From assembly GCA_044376225.1 (NCBI GenBank), contig JBILLF010000003.1, positions 2,754 to 66,753 of the forward strand: a DNA stretch of 64,000 nt, read 5' to 3'. Positions 53,860 through 63,201 of the stretch are shown here, piece after piece. Below the pieces are notes generated by a model. The model was given only the letters and a program-made list of their open reading frames with translations. It searched no databases and was not told where the DNA came from. This stretch comes from Patescibacteria group bacterium. GTDB lineage: Bacteria > Bacteroidota > Ignavibacteria > Kapaibacteriales > Kapaibacteriaceae. A program made the translations under genes and the position numbers. How positions within the stretch are numbered: the stretch's first letter is position 1; the number at the start of each line of letters is the position of its first letter.

Positions 53860-54975
53860 CTACTCAACAATTCGGACAGTTTGACCTGCGGAGACCATCG
53901 TGGCTCCTTTGAAGATCACACGTTGGCCCTTTGCGAGTCCGCCAGTGATCTGTACCGATCCAGCCGTAGAAAGTCCCGTGGTGACGTTGACGCGGCCGAC
54001 AAGCCCCTTATCATCGACGACATGGACAAATGACCCCTGATTATCCTGAAGCACACTTGAGAGAGGAACTGCGACCACTCCCTTAAGCGTGACGTCATTG
54101 ATCGATACACGGCATGTGATGTTCGGACGAAGGTTCGAAGGAACGGGGCTGATCGGGATCTCCAGACGAAACGTACGACTCATCGGATTGACCATTCGTG
54201 ATACAGCTTTGATCGTTGTCGTCACCGTATCACCGATCTCTGGGAACTCTATGACAACACCGTCTCCGACCGAGACAGTCGAAAGAAACGATTCGGCGAT
54301 ATCGACGACAACACGAACGTCTGACATGTTGACGATTGTCAGCGCCGGCAATCCCGGCATAGCCATTTCACCAACTTTTGCCGAGATGTTCTCGGCGAAT
54401 CCGCTGCGCGGAGCAACGATACGCGACATGCTTTGTTGCTCTTTGAGTGAGGCCATACGGCGCTCGAGCGCTTCGAGCTGATTCTTCGCCGTTAGAAACT
54501 GGATCTCGCTTCCTGCCTTCTGTTCAAAAATGCGTTTCTGCTTTTCGAACAGTGTCTTTGCAAAGTCCAGCTGCACCGTTACTTCCTCTATCCCCTTTCG
54601 AATCAATTCGTCATCCATTTCGACGAGCACCTGGCCTGCCGTAACAGACTGACCTGGTGTGACGTTGACGCGCGTGATGCGCCCACCCATTTGTGGCGAC
54701 AGAGTGATAGTTGAGCGGGCATCAACAGCCCCTTTGACATCAACCATGTGCGCTAGGTCGGTTAGGTCAGCTGTTACCACCGTAACCGGCTGCCGGTCAT
54801 CCGTCTGCCCTGACGATGACATGGACGTTTCGAGCTGTTTGATCTCAAGCTCGATACGAGTTCTCTCGGCACGAAGCTGCTGCAGCCGCTCCTTCGATGA
54901 GGGGGAATCGGACTTGCCACACGAGGCTAGAAGCAGCCCCACAGGAATGATCCAGAGTAAAGATTTCATGGTCAA
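53860..54975 (-). CDS. RND efflux periplasmic adaptor (membrane fusion protein)
   Basis: Lipoprotein signal (LLASC), coiled-coil hairpin segments and a beta-barrel C-terminal region. It lies directly upstream of the RND pump. Confidence 0.8.
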   Translation of the reverse strand: MTMKSLLWIIPVGLLLASCGKSDSPSSKERLQQLRAERTRIELEIKQLETSMSSSGQTDDRQPVTVVTADLTDLAHMVDVKGAVDARSTITLSPQMGGRITRVNVTPGQSVTAGQVLVEMDDELIRKGIEEVTVQLDFAKTLFEKQKRIFEQKAGSEIQFLTAKNQLEALERRMASLKEQQSMSRIVAPRSGFAENISAKVGEMAMPGLPALTIVNMSDVRVVVDIAESFLSTVSVGDGVVIEFPEIGDTVTTTIKAVSRMVNPMSRTFRLEIPISPVPSNLRPNITCRVSINDVTLKGVVAVPLSSVLQDNQGSFVHVVDDKGLVGRVNVTTGLSTAGSVQITGGLAKGQRVIFKGATMVSAGQTVRIVE

Positions 54976-55685
54976 TGAGAATGTATTGGTGAGAAATGTT
55001 CGTTGTCGTTAACAATCCGACCGTCCCGGATAGAAATGATCCGATCAGCACGCTTCGCGAATTCCACGTCATGAGTGACCATTAGGATCGTTTGTTGGAA
55101 CTCATGTTTCAGCTCATTCAGAATGTCCAGGACCAGAGATGTATTCTTTGTATCAAGATTGCCCGTTGGTTCATCGCCAAAGATGATTTTCGGCTCATTG
55201 ATCAGTGCACGGGCGATGGCTACACGCTGCTGCTGTCCACCGGATAGCTTGCTGGACCGCTTTGTGGCCTGATCAGCAACACCCAGCAGTGCGAGTGTCT
55301 TCATTGCCCGGTCCTCCATCTCTTCTTTGGCGAGCAATCCGCGACGCTGTGCCGGAAGCATCACGTTTTGCAGCACCGTGAAATCCGGAAGCAGATAATG
55401 GAACTGGAAAACGAACCCAATCATCGAATTGCGGAAGTCGGCAAGTGCATTCTTATTCAATGTCCTGATATCAACGCCATCGATTGTGATCGTCCCATCA
55501 TAGACTGTGTCGAGTGTCGAGAGTGCATACATGAGAGTTGTCTTTCCGCTGCCGGAAGGTCCGACGAGTACGACGAACTCTCCCCTATTGACATCAAGTG
55601 AGATGTCATTGAGAACCTTGAACTCCACGGGCTCCGTGAAGATCTTTGTCACATGTGAGGCACTGATGATCGGCTGTGGTGTCAT
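54972..55685 (-). CDS. ABC transporter ATP-binding protein (MacB/LolD/DevA-like)
   Basis: Walker [10 protein letters not shown], signature [15 protein letters not shown], Walker [13 protein letters not shown] and H-loop VTHD. Confidence 0.92.
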   Translation of the reverse strand: MTPQPIISASHVTKIFTEPVEFKVLNDISLDVNRGEFVVLVGPSGSGKTTLMYALSTLDTVYDGTITIDGVDIRTLNKNALADFRNSMIGFVFQFHYLLPDFTVLQNVMLPAQRRGLLAKEEMEDRAMKTLALLGVADQATKRSSKLSGGQQQRVAIARALINEPKIIFGDEPTGNLDTKNTSLVLDILNELKHEFQQTILMVTHDVEFAKRADRIISIRDGRIVNDNEHFSPIHSH

Positions 55686-56953
55686 CGGCTCCGGATGATC
55701 TCCACAGGGTCAAACCTGGCTGCCTTTCGTGCAGGAAAGTAGCCGGCAACAGTCGTTGCGGTAAGGGCAAACGTGAACGCAGCCAGATAGAACAATGGAT
55801 TGAAGTTGATGATCAAATATTGAACACTGACGAATCCCTGGATGTTGAGGGGGATCATGCCGACGATCTTGGATGCAACGAATCCGAGCATGAGACCCAG
55901 AACACCCCCTGTCGAACCAATTGCGACTGACTCGATGAGAAAGATCACGCGGATGTCGCCGTCGCGATACCCCATTGCCTTCAGGATGGCGATATCGGGC
56001 ATTTTCTCATAGATGATCGTCATCAGAATGTTGAAGATGCCGAAACCCGATACGACGAGGATCGAAATGATGACAAACGATACCGTGAGATTTTGAATGC
56101 GGAAGATTCCGAAGACATTGGCATTGGCTGCCTTCCAATCTTCGGCTTTGCATCCATGAAGAGCTTGATACTGAATGGCGACGATCTCTGCGTCATCCAC
56201 ATCTCGCAACCGAACATTAATGTCGGTGATATAGGCGCCAGACTGCTGCAATAGGCGTTGGGCGTTTCTGATGGAAACATAGGCACGGGTGTTGTCCTGC
56301 AGGGTGATTCCCGTCTTGGAGATCCCGACAACCTTCATTTGCAGCTCGACGCCTTTGGATGAGATCACCGTCAGGTTGTCGTCAAGACGGATGCCAAGCT
56401 TATCGGCAAGACCGACCCCGAGAATCACTCCGTTGGGGAGTGTCTCCATCCGCTGCAGGTGACCAGCAACAAGATTGTCCTTGATGTGAAAAAGCTGGTC
56501 CTCGCGGAGAATGTCCACCCCGGCAAGTGTTGCCGCCTGTTGGGACATTCCATACCTCAGAATGCCTTGTAGTCCGAGATACGGTGCAACACCTTCTACC
56601 CGTGGATCCTGCTCAATATCACGCAGGATCTGATATCCGTTGCGCAGACGTCTCTCCTCGTCACGGGGCTTCTGGTTTCTCACAATGTTCCACGTTGTCG
56701 CGCTGTCTGAAACCATATCAAGCACATGCGGGCGACTTGTCCGTACATCGTTGTAGATGTGCACATGAGCAGTGGTGTTCACGGTCTTTTCGATAAAATA
56801 GGCCTGAAGACCAGTCAGCAGTCCAGCTTGGAAGATGAACACGGTCACGCCGAACATCACGCCTAGCATGGCAACAATCGTCTGCCTCTTCTTGCTGAAG
56901 AGGTGAACCCAGGCGATCCGCAGCAATGGACGCTGTGCAAACAGGTCACTCAT
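55682..56953 (-). CDS. ABC transporter permease, FtsX/MacB-type (DevC-like)
   Basis: 423 aa: an N-terminal TM, a large periplasmic domain and three C-terminal TMs with an FtsX-like pattern (ILKAMGYRDGDIRVIFLIES). Confidence 0.85.
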   Translation of the reverse strand: MSDLFAQRPLLRIAWVHLFSKKRQTIVAMLGVMFGVTVFIFQAGLLTGLQAYFIEKTVNTTAHVHIYNDVRTSRPHVLDMVSDSATTWNIVRNQKPRDEERRLRNGYQILRDIEQDPRVEGVAPYLGLQGILRYGMSQQAATLAGVDILREDQLFHIKDNLVAGHLQRMETLPNGVILGVGLADKLGIRLDDNLTVISSKGVELQMKVVGISKTGITLQDNTRAYVSIRNAQRLLQQSGAYITDINVRLRDVDDAEIVAIQYQALHGCKAEDWKAANANVFGIFRIQNLTVSFVIISILVVSGFGIFNILMTIIYEKMPDIAILKAMGYRDGDIRVIFLIESVAIGSTGGVLGLMLGFVASKIVGMIPLNIQGFVSVQYLIINFNPLFYLAAFTFALTATTVAGYFPARKAARFDPVEIIRSR

Positions 56954-58059
56954 GGAACGATCTCATCCGCATCATTCAAACCACCCTTGATCTCGACGTA
57001 TCGCAGATCCTCGAGTCCAGTAGTGACGCGGATACTCTGCACAGAGCCGTTGCGCCGAACGTTCAGGATACGCGTTGCCGGCACGATCTCGCGCGGCAAT
57101 ACGAGTGCTCGCTCCCTGCGGTCGATCACGATGTTGGCTTCCAGCGACATACCAGGCAACAGACGTGCCCCTTCGGAGTCGATCCGTGCCGTGACTGATG
57201 CGGTCTTGTCCTGATTCGACACACGAGGCGTAATACTCACAACACTACCATTGAATGTTCGCCCCTTAAAGGCATCGAGCGAAAACACGATTGACTGTCC
57301 GACGGCCACCACCGACACGTCGGCTTCATCAACACTCAACTCGACCTCCACCAGATGCGAATGCCCAAGTTCGATAAGGGGCTGCTGTGGCATGACGAGC
57401 TCACCTACCTTTGGTAGGACATCATAGACCAGCCCATCATCACCGGCGGTAAGCACGAATTCATCCCGCAACGAGCGCTGGATCGAAACATTAAGTTCAG
57501 CCGTGCGCTGTTCGGCAGCTAGCTTCTGTCGTGTTGCGGCATAGACGTCGAGTGCCTTGGTGTACTGGCGTCGTGAGATCTCGTATTGTGTCTGTGCGGC
57601 ATCGTAGGTTGCCTGTGCGGTAGCCTGCTGAGATAGCAGCCGGCGCAATCGGGCGGCATTGATTGAATCAAGCTCCAACCGCTCACGAGCCGACTCAAGA
57701 TCCGCAACAATCGAACCAAGTACGGCACCCTTCGTCTGAGCGTTCTCTCGCGCCAGACCATAGACTGTCTGAGCAGATTCAACTGCTAATTCGGACGATA
57801 CGGCTCGGATTCGCAGAAGAGGCTGACCCTTGACGACGGTATCGCCGGGTTTTACGAGCAGTTTTTCCACGATGCCAGGGACCTTTGATGCTACTCGGAT
57901 AAAGCTGACCGGAAAGATCTTTCCGGAAGCATAGACCGCCTGCGTGATTGTGCGACGCTGTGGCGTAATTGTCGCTTCTTCCTTGCTGCAGGATACAGCC
58001 AGGAGAATCACTACAGCAAGTGATGCAACCATCGTTTCGTACTTCGTAACACTTCTCAT
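56950..58059 (-). CDS. HlyD-family periplasmic adaptor (DevB/MacA-like)
   Basis: 369 aa with a lipoyl-like PGDTVVKGQPLLRI, a long coiled-coil region and a beta-barrel C-terminus. Confidence 0.8.
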   Translation of the reverse strand: MRSVTKYETMVASLAVVILLAVSCSKEEATITPQRRTITQAVYASGKIFPVSFIRVASKVPGIVEKLLVKPGDTVVKGQPLLRIRAVSSELAVESAQTVYGLARENAQTKGAVLGSIVADLESARERLELDSINAARLRRLLSQQATAQATYDAAQTQYEISRRQYTKALDVYAATRQKLAAEQRTAELNVSIQRSLRDEFVLTAGDDGLVYDVLPKVGELVMPQQPLIELGHSHLVEVELSVDEADVSVVAVGQSIVFSLDAFKGRTFNGSVVSITPRVSNQDKTASVTARIDSEGARLLPGMSLEANIVIDRRERALVLPREIVPATRILNVRRNGSVQSIRVTTGLEDLRYVEIKGGLNDADEIVP

Positions 58060-58724
58060 AGTGCGCTGATTTCGTTGTTCGAGGATGGATGCCGCTGCAG
58101 ACCCCTGATGATAAGCTTGACGATATCCCGCAAAACGACCTCTTCTCCGTCCGTTACCCAGCCTGGCGGAATGAGGTTGTTACGAAGGATCATCACCGAA
58201 CCTTTCATCGCTATGACAATCTCTGCAACGACTAGTCTGAGGTGTCCGTGCAACAGAAAGTATCCTTGATGCACCCCCTGCTCCACGATCGATTCCACAA
58301 GACCGATGAGGCGCTCATTGACATTCTTAAAGTTTGCTAGCGTTGGATTATCGTCAACATTGGTCATCATCAGACCAATGTTTGTTTGCGTCATCATCTG
58401 ATAAAAAAGCTGGTTCTCCTGCGAGTACGTGTAGAACGTCGCGAACGCCAGCTCGAGTTTTTCAGGCGGAGCAAGTGGACTTGACACTACACTGTCCATT
58501 GCCGTCGTCAGCGTGCTGATGTCATCAGCAAGTAGGCCCATCAGAAGTTCTTCGCGATTGCGGAAGTACAGGTAGAGTGTCCCCTTGGCAAGTTCAGCCT
58601 CCTGTGCGATGCGCTCCATGGTGGTTGTCGTTATGCCGTGCTTCAGAAACGCAATGCGTGCAGAGTCTAGGATGTCTCTGCGTCGTTGATCGCGTTCGCG
58701 TTCTTTGCGTTGTGTCGTTCCCAC
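58056..58724 (-). CDS. TetR/AcrR-family transcriptional regulator
   Basis: N-terminal HTH ILDSARIAFLKHGITTTTMERIAQEAELAKGTLYLYFRNREEL. Confidence 0.85.
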   Translation of the reverse strand: MGTTQRKERERDQRRRDILDSARIAFLKHGITTTTMERIAQEAELAKGTLYLYFRNREELLMGLLADDISTLTTAMDSVVSSPLAPPEKLELAFATFYTYSQENQLFYQMMTQTNIGLMMTNVDDNPTLANFKNVNERLIGLVESIVEQGVHQGYFLLHGHLRLVVAEIVIAMKGSVMILRNNLIPPGWVTDGEEVVLRDIVKLIIRGLQRHPSSNNEISAL

Positions 58725-58728
58725 CGCT

Positions 58729-60072
58729 TTACTTACCCATTACCGAGCGCATATACTTCGGATCGATCTGACCAGTAGCCCGGTCAAAATCAGCATGTGT
58801 GACATGGTAATCGACAAGAGCATTGATAGCATTGACCTTGGACTGTGACAATGATGTTTCTGCGTCGGTGATCTCGAGCAGACTTCCGGTGCCTTCGCGA
58901 TAGCGGATTCTAGCGATCTCATATCCGCGCTGCGCCTGATCAACTGTGGACTTCTGTGCATTCGAGCGTTGTGCTGCCGACTCCAACTGGTTGATGAGTG
59001 TGCGTACCTGGAGCTTGATCAGATCGGTCACTTGAGAGAGGCGCTCTTGGGCAGTGTTTACGTCGATACTGGCCTGCTCCACTTTTTCATTGGTTCTCAG
59101 ACCATTGAACAGGTTCATCGAAAAACTCAGCCCAACTAGCAAGCTTGACGCACTCTGCCAGCCATTCAGAGTCTCACTCTGTCCTTGGTTCTGCCACTGG
59201 CCGAAGGCTGCAAGTGTCGGATAGTAATCGGCACGGCTCAGGTCAACCATACGCCGGCCAACCTCGATCTGCTGAGCGATGGCTCTGAGGTCGAGATTCT
59301 CTTTCAGTGCCAACGCAACAGATGCCTCTGACTCCGGCGTGGCCAAAGGATCCGTTAGGGCCCCTTCGGAGACCATAACTGAATCGGTAAGGTCCACACC
59401 GATGTATGTCTGTAAGGCAGCAAGGGCGGCAAAACGTCCAGACTTCGCTTGGAGGAGCATCGGCTGGGCATTGGCAACAGCCACATCAGCCCTGATCTTA
59501 TCGAATTCGGCTACAAGTCCTTCTTGGAAGAGTGCCGTGATGTTACGCTGCACTTCTCGGATGTTCGTAAGCGTTGCTTCTGCAACTGTTGCATATCCCG
59601 AGGCGGCAACGGCCTGATAATAGCGCTTCTTCGTCTCGGTTACGACCTCTGCCACCGCCGCACGCAACTGTGCTTCCGCCGCATCGCTGTAGAGCTGCGA
59701 GGCTGAGATGGCCGTGATCACCGAGCTGTTGAAAAGAATCTGCTGCACCTGCGTGGTAACGTTGTATCCGTTGGTTAGACCAAACCGCAGCGGTGCAACC
59801 TGCCCTGTGACAGGATTGGGAAAGAAGAACACCGGTAGCTGGATATTGTGGTTGAGACCAGCTGAAAAGTTGACTGATGGTAGTGCAGTGCCGTAAGCCT
59901 CCCGAACCTGGGATTCGGCTCGCGACACTCCCAGACGTGCCACAGAAATCGATTTGTTGCGTTTGAGTGCCAGCTCGATCGCATCGTCTAAGCTGAGCGA
60001 CTCTGCGGCTAGGCTGACAGTGAAGAACGGCACCAGATGGAGACCGATGAACAACACTCTGAACAGGGGCAT
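58729..60072 (-). CDS. TolC-family outer-membrane efflux protein
   Basis: Signal peptide, then LSLDDAIELALKRNKSI and two OEP repeats. 447 aa. Confidence 0.85.
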   Translation of the reverse strand: MPLFRVLFIGLHLVPFFTVSLAAESLSLDDAIELALKRNKSISVARLGVSRAESQVREAYGTALPSVNFSAGLNHNIQLPVFFFPNPVTGQVAPLRFGLTNGYNVTTQVQQILFNSSVITAISASQLYSDAAEAQLRAAVAEVVTETKKRYYQAVAASGYATVAEATLTNIREVQRNITALFQEGLVAEFDKIRADVAVANAQPMLLQAKSGRFAALAALQTYIGVDLTDSVMVSEGALTDPLATPESEASVALALKENLDLRAIAQQIEVGRRMVDLSRADYYPTLAAFGQWQNQGQSETLNGWQSASSLLVGLSFSMNLFNGLRTNEKVEQASIDVNTAQERLSQVTDLIKLQVRTLINQLESAAQRSNAQKSTVDQAQRGYEIARIRYREGTGSLLEITDAETSLSQSKVNAINALVDYHVTHADFDRATGQIDPKYMRSVMGK

Positions 60073-60110
60073 GGCAATTCCTTTAGTACTATGACGACTA
60101 GTCAGTTTCC

Positions 60111-60162
60111 TGACCAGCGGTCACAAAATTGAAGAAAGGTCATTTACTGTGCAAGTGGTCAC
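60111..60162. promoter_or_regulatory. GGTCA-motif cluster in the TolC-operon/uvrA divergent intergenic region (candidate operator)
   Basis: An everted palindrome TGACC-AGC-GGTCA lies at 60111-60123. Further GGTCA(T/C) copies start at 60138 and 60157, so the direct copies are at 60119, 60138 and 60157, exactly 19 bp apart. Confidence 0.35.
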
Positions 60163-60170
60163 TTGATAAC

Positions 60171-63083
60171 ATGGTAGATTTGTTGTCCATTTCGAAGAAA
60201 GATCCCCCTGTGGCCGCATCGGACACACCCGAAACAGAGATCACAACGATCAAGATCCGCGGTGCTCGCGAGCACAACCTGAAAGGCATCGACCTAGATA
60301 TTCCCCGCGATCAGCTTGTCGTTATCACCGGGCTGAGCGGATCGGGTAAGTCCTCCATTGCGTTCGATACCGTTTTCGCCGAAGGCCAACGCCGATACGT
60401 CGAAAGTCTTTCCAGCTACGCGAGACAGTTCCTCGGAGTCATGAAAAAACCCGATGTCGATGTGATCGAGGGTCTCTCTCCGGCCATCTCCATCGAGCAG
60501 AAAAGCATCGGAATGAGTCCGAGATCAACGGTTGGAACCGTAACGGAGATCTATGATTACATGCGTCTGCTCTACGCCAAGGTTGGCGTCCAGTATTGTG
60601 TTTCGTGTCAGATCCCGGTGCAGCAGCAGACGGTTGATCAAATCATCACGGCCCTGCTGGCATTGGGGGTAGGCACCCGCATTCAGATTCTGTCACCGGT
60701 AATCAAAGGTCGCAAGGGACATTACCGTGAGCAGTTGGACACGTTCAGACGTCAGGGCTTTGTACGTGTGCGCATCGACGGAGAATTGAAAGAGATCACC
60801 GATGGGATGCAATTGGCCCGGTACAAGATGCATACTATCGAACTTGTGATTGATCGACTCGTTATCGAGGACTCCCCTACTAAGCGCCTGACGGAGAGCA
60901 TCGAAACGGCACTGAATCTCGGTGAGGGCGGACTGACGGTTCTCTATGAAACCCTACCAGATACCTGGCAGGAGAGTTTTTACAGTACGAGCTATGCTTG
61001 TCCGCAATGCGGCACATCCTACGAGACTCCTGCTCCGAACATGTTCTCGTTCAATTCCCCGTATGGGGCATGCCAGACGTGTGACGGTCTTGGTGAAATG
61101 CAGGATTTTGATCCAGCACTTGTGGTTCCGGACCCGAACGTCTCGATTGCCAAGGGGGGCATTGCTCCACTGGGTCCTCAGCGCGAGACATGGCTGTGGA
61201 AGCAAGTCGTAGCCTACTGTCAAAAAATGAACGTGTCGCTGACCGAACCGATCGATAAGATCACACAGGAAACATTGCACGACCTCCTGTTCGGGCCCGA
61301 TGGTGATTCTGAAAACGTTGCGGCATATGGAACAACGGCCCAACACCGGTTCATTGGTATCTGTCCGTCACTGCGTCACCAGTTCGATCACACAACATCA
61401 TCGTCCGTCAAGAAGTCCATTGAAAAGTATTTTGCTACAGTGACATGCCGGACATGCCACGGTGGACGGCTCAAGATCCCGCATCTTCATGTACGCCTGG
61501 CGGACGAGTCCATTGATGCGCTCTGTGGACTGGATATCGGAGAAACCCGGGCTTGGTTTAGGGCACTGCCAGAGAAACTCACAGATCGTCAGAACCTGAT
61601 AGCTCAGCTCATTCTGAAGGAAATCGGACATCGTCTGGAGTTTCTCGACGATGTAGGACTAGGATACCTCACTCTGGATCGACGAGCTAGGACACTTTCT
61701 GGGGGCGAGTCCCAACGTATTCGACTCGCTTCGCAGATCGGATCACGCCTGGTCGGCGTTACCTATGTGCTTGATGAACCATCTATCGGCCTGCATCAGC
61801 ATGATAACCGAAAATTGATCGACTCGCTCAAACGTCTGCGTGACGCCGGCAATACAGTACTGGTTGTTGAGCACGATCGTGAAATGATCGAAGAGGCAGA
61901 TACAATGATCGACGTCGGCCCTGGGGCTGGCGTGCACGGTGGCTCCATCGTTGCTGTTGAATCGCAGGAGCGGCTGCAAGCGCTTCTCAAGGGCAAGGCC
62001 AACAACATCCCCGACTCTGTGACCCTTCGATACATCAGCGGCCAAACCACTGTATATCGGCCCCCTGAGCGTCGATCTGGCAACGGACATCTACTGCAGC
62101 TAAAAGGAGCCACCGGCAACAATCTGCACAATGTAGACCTCGATGTTCCGCTCGGAACCTTCACGTGCATCACCGGCATGAGCGGTTCAGGCAAGAGTTC
62201 ACTCATCAACGAGACACTCTATCCAATTCTCGCTACGAAGCTTCACCGGGCGGAAGGTCAGCCCCTTTCCTACAGTTCGATCCACGGCCTTGAAAAGATT
62301 GACAAGGTGATTGAGATCGACCAGACACCAATCGGGCGCACGCCACGTTCCAACCCGGCCACATACACCGGACTTTTTGGATTGATCCGTGATTTCTACA
62401 CGTTGCTTCCAGAAGCCCGCATTCGGGGATACAAGGTGGGCCGATTCTCGTTCAACGTCTCAGGCGGACGCTGTGAGGAATGTGAAGGGGCCGGACTGAA
62501 GAAGATTGAAATGAACTTCCTGCCTGACGTCTATGTGCCCTGTGATACCTGTGGTGGCAAGCGATACAATGCCGAGACGTTAACGGTAACATTTAAGGGG
62601 AAGTCGATCGCCGATGTTCTTGCGATGACGGTGGAAGAAGCATCCGTCTTTTTCTCTGAGATACCTAAAATCTCAGCACGTCTTCGTACCCTGCTTGATG
62701 TCGGTTTATCGTACATAACGCTTGGACAGCAAGCTACCACTCTATCAGGGGGCGAGGCACAACGTGTTAAGCTGGCAACAGAGCTGGCAAAGTCATACAC
62801 CGGGAAAACACTATACCTGCTTGATGAACCCACAACGGGGTTGCATTTCGAGGACGTGAGCCTGCTTATGGAGCTGCTTCACAAGCTTGTCGAACGCGGC
62901 AATACAGTAGTCGTGATCGAACACAATCTCGACGTTATCCTAAGCGCTGACTACATCGTTGACCTTGGGCCGGGAGGTGGCAAAGACGGTGGAAGAATTG
63001 TAGCAGCCGGGACACCTGAGCAGGTAGCGCGAGATAGCGATTCTCTTACGGGACATTACATCGGCAAGGAACTGATAAAATAA
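60171..63083 (+). CDS. uvrA: Excinuclease ABC subunit A
   Basis: I prefer the ATG at 60171. [12 protein letters not shown], Walker [10 protein letters not shown] and GMSGSGKSS, signatures [12 protein letters not shown] and [12 protein letters not shown], and zinc-finger cysteines (CPQCG...CQTCDG; CEECEGAG...CDTCGG). Confidence 0.97.
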   Translation: MVDLLSISKKDPPVAASDTPETEITTIKIRGAREHNLKGIDLDIPRDQLVVITGLSGSGKSSIAFDTVFAEGQRRYVESLSSYARQFLGVMKKPDVDVIEGLSPAISIEQKSIGMSPRSTVGTVTEIYDYMRLLYAKVGVQYCVSCQIPVQQQTVDQIITALLALGVGTRIQILSPVIKGRKGHYREQLDTFRRQGFVRVRIDGELKEITDGMQLARYKMHTIELVIDRLVIEDSPTKRLTESIETALNLGEGGLTVLYETLPDTWQESFYSTSYACPQCGTSYETPAPNMFSFNSPYGACQTCDGLGEMQDFDPALVVPDPNVSIAKGGIAPLGPQRETWLWKQVVAYCQKMNVSLTEPIDKITQETLHDLLFGPDGDSENVAAYGTTAQHRFIGICPSLRHQFDHTTSSSVKKSIEKYFATVTCRTCHGGRLKIPHLHVRLADESIDALCGLDIGETRAWFRALPEKLTDRQNLIAQLILKEIGHRLEFLDDVGLGYLTLDRRARTLSGGESQRIRLASQIGSRLVGVTYVLDEPSIGLHQHDNRKLIDSLKRLRDAGNTVLVVEHDREMIEEADTMIDVGPGAGVHGGSIVAVESQERLQALLKGKANNIPDSVTLRYISGQTTVYRPPERRSGNGHLLQLKGATGNNLHNVDLDVPLGTFTCITGMSGSGKSSLINETLYPILATKLHRAEGQPLSYSSIHGLEKIDKVIEIDQTPIGRTPRSNPATYTGLFGLIRDFYTLLPEARIRGYKVGRFSFNVSGGRCEECEGAGLKKIEMNFLPDVYVPCDTCGGKRYNAETLTVTFKGKSIADVLAMTVEEASVFFSEIPKISARLRTLLDVGLSYITLGQQATTLSGGEAQRVKLATELAKSYTGKTLYLLDEPTTGLHFEDVSLLMELLHKLVERGNTVVVIEHNLDVILSADYIVDLGPGGGKDGGRIVAAGTPEQVARDSDSLTGHYIGKELIK

Positions 63084-63201
63084 TCCCCTCGTTTTCGGAG
63101 ATTGCACGACACCCGCAACGAATTCGTCATTGCGCCGGATTATTTAGCGGAGCTGGTAGCGTGTAAATCACCTGCTCAACTTTCAACAACCAGCATTGAA
63201 C

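Noticed and set aside
60140-60170. SOS (LexA) box upstream of uvrA, prompted by TACTGT at about 60145
   Set aside because: Only a half-site is present. I could find no inverted ACAG partner at the appropriate spacing, and LexA box consensus differs between phyla, so no call is made.
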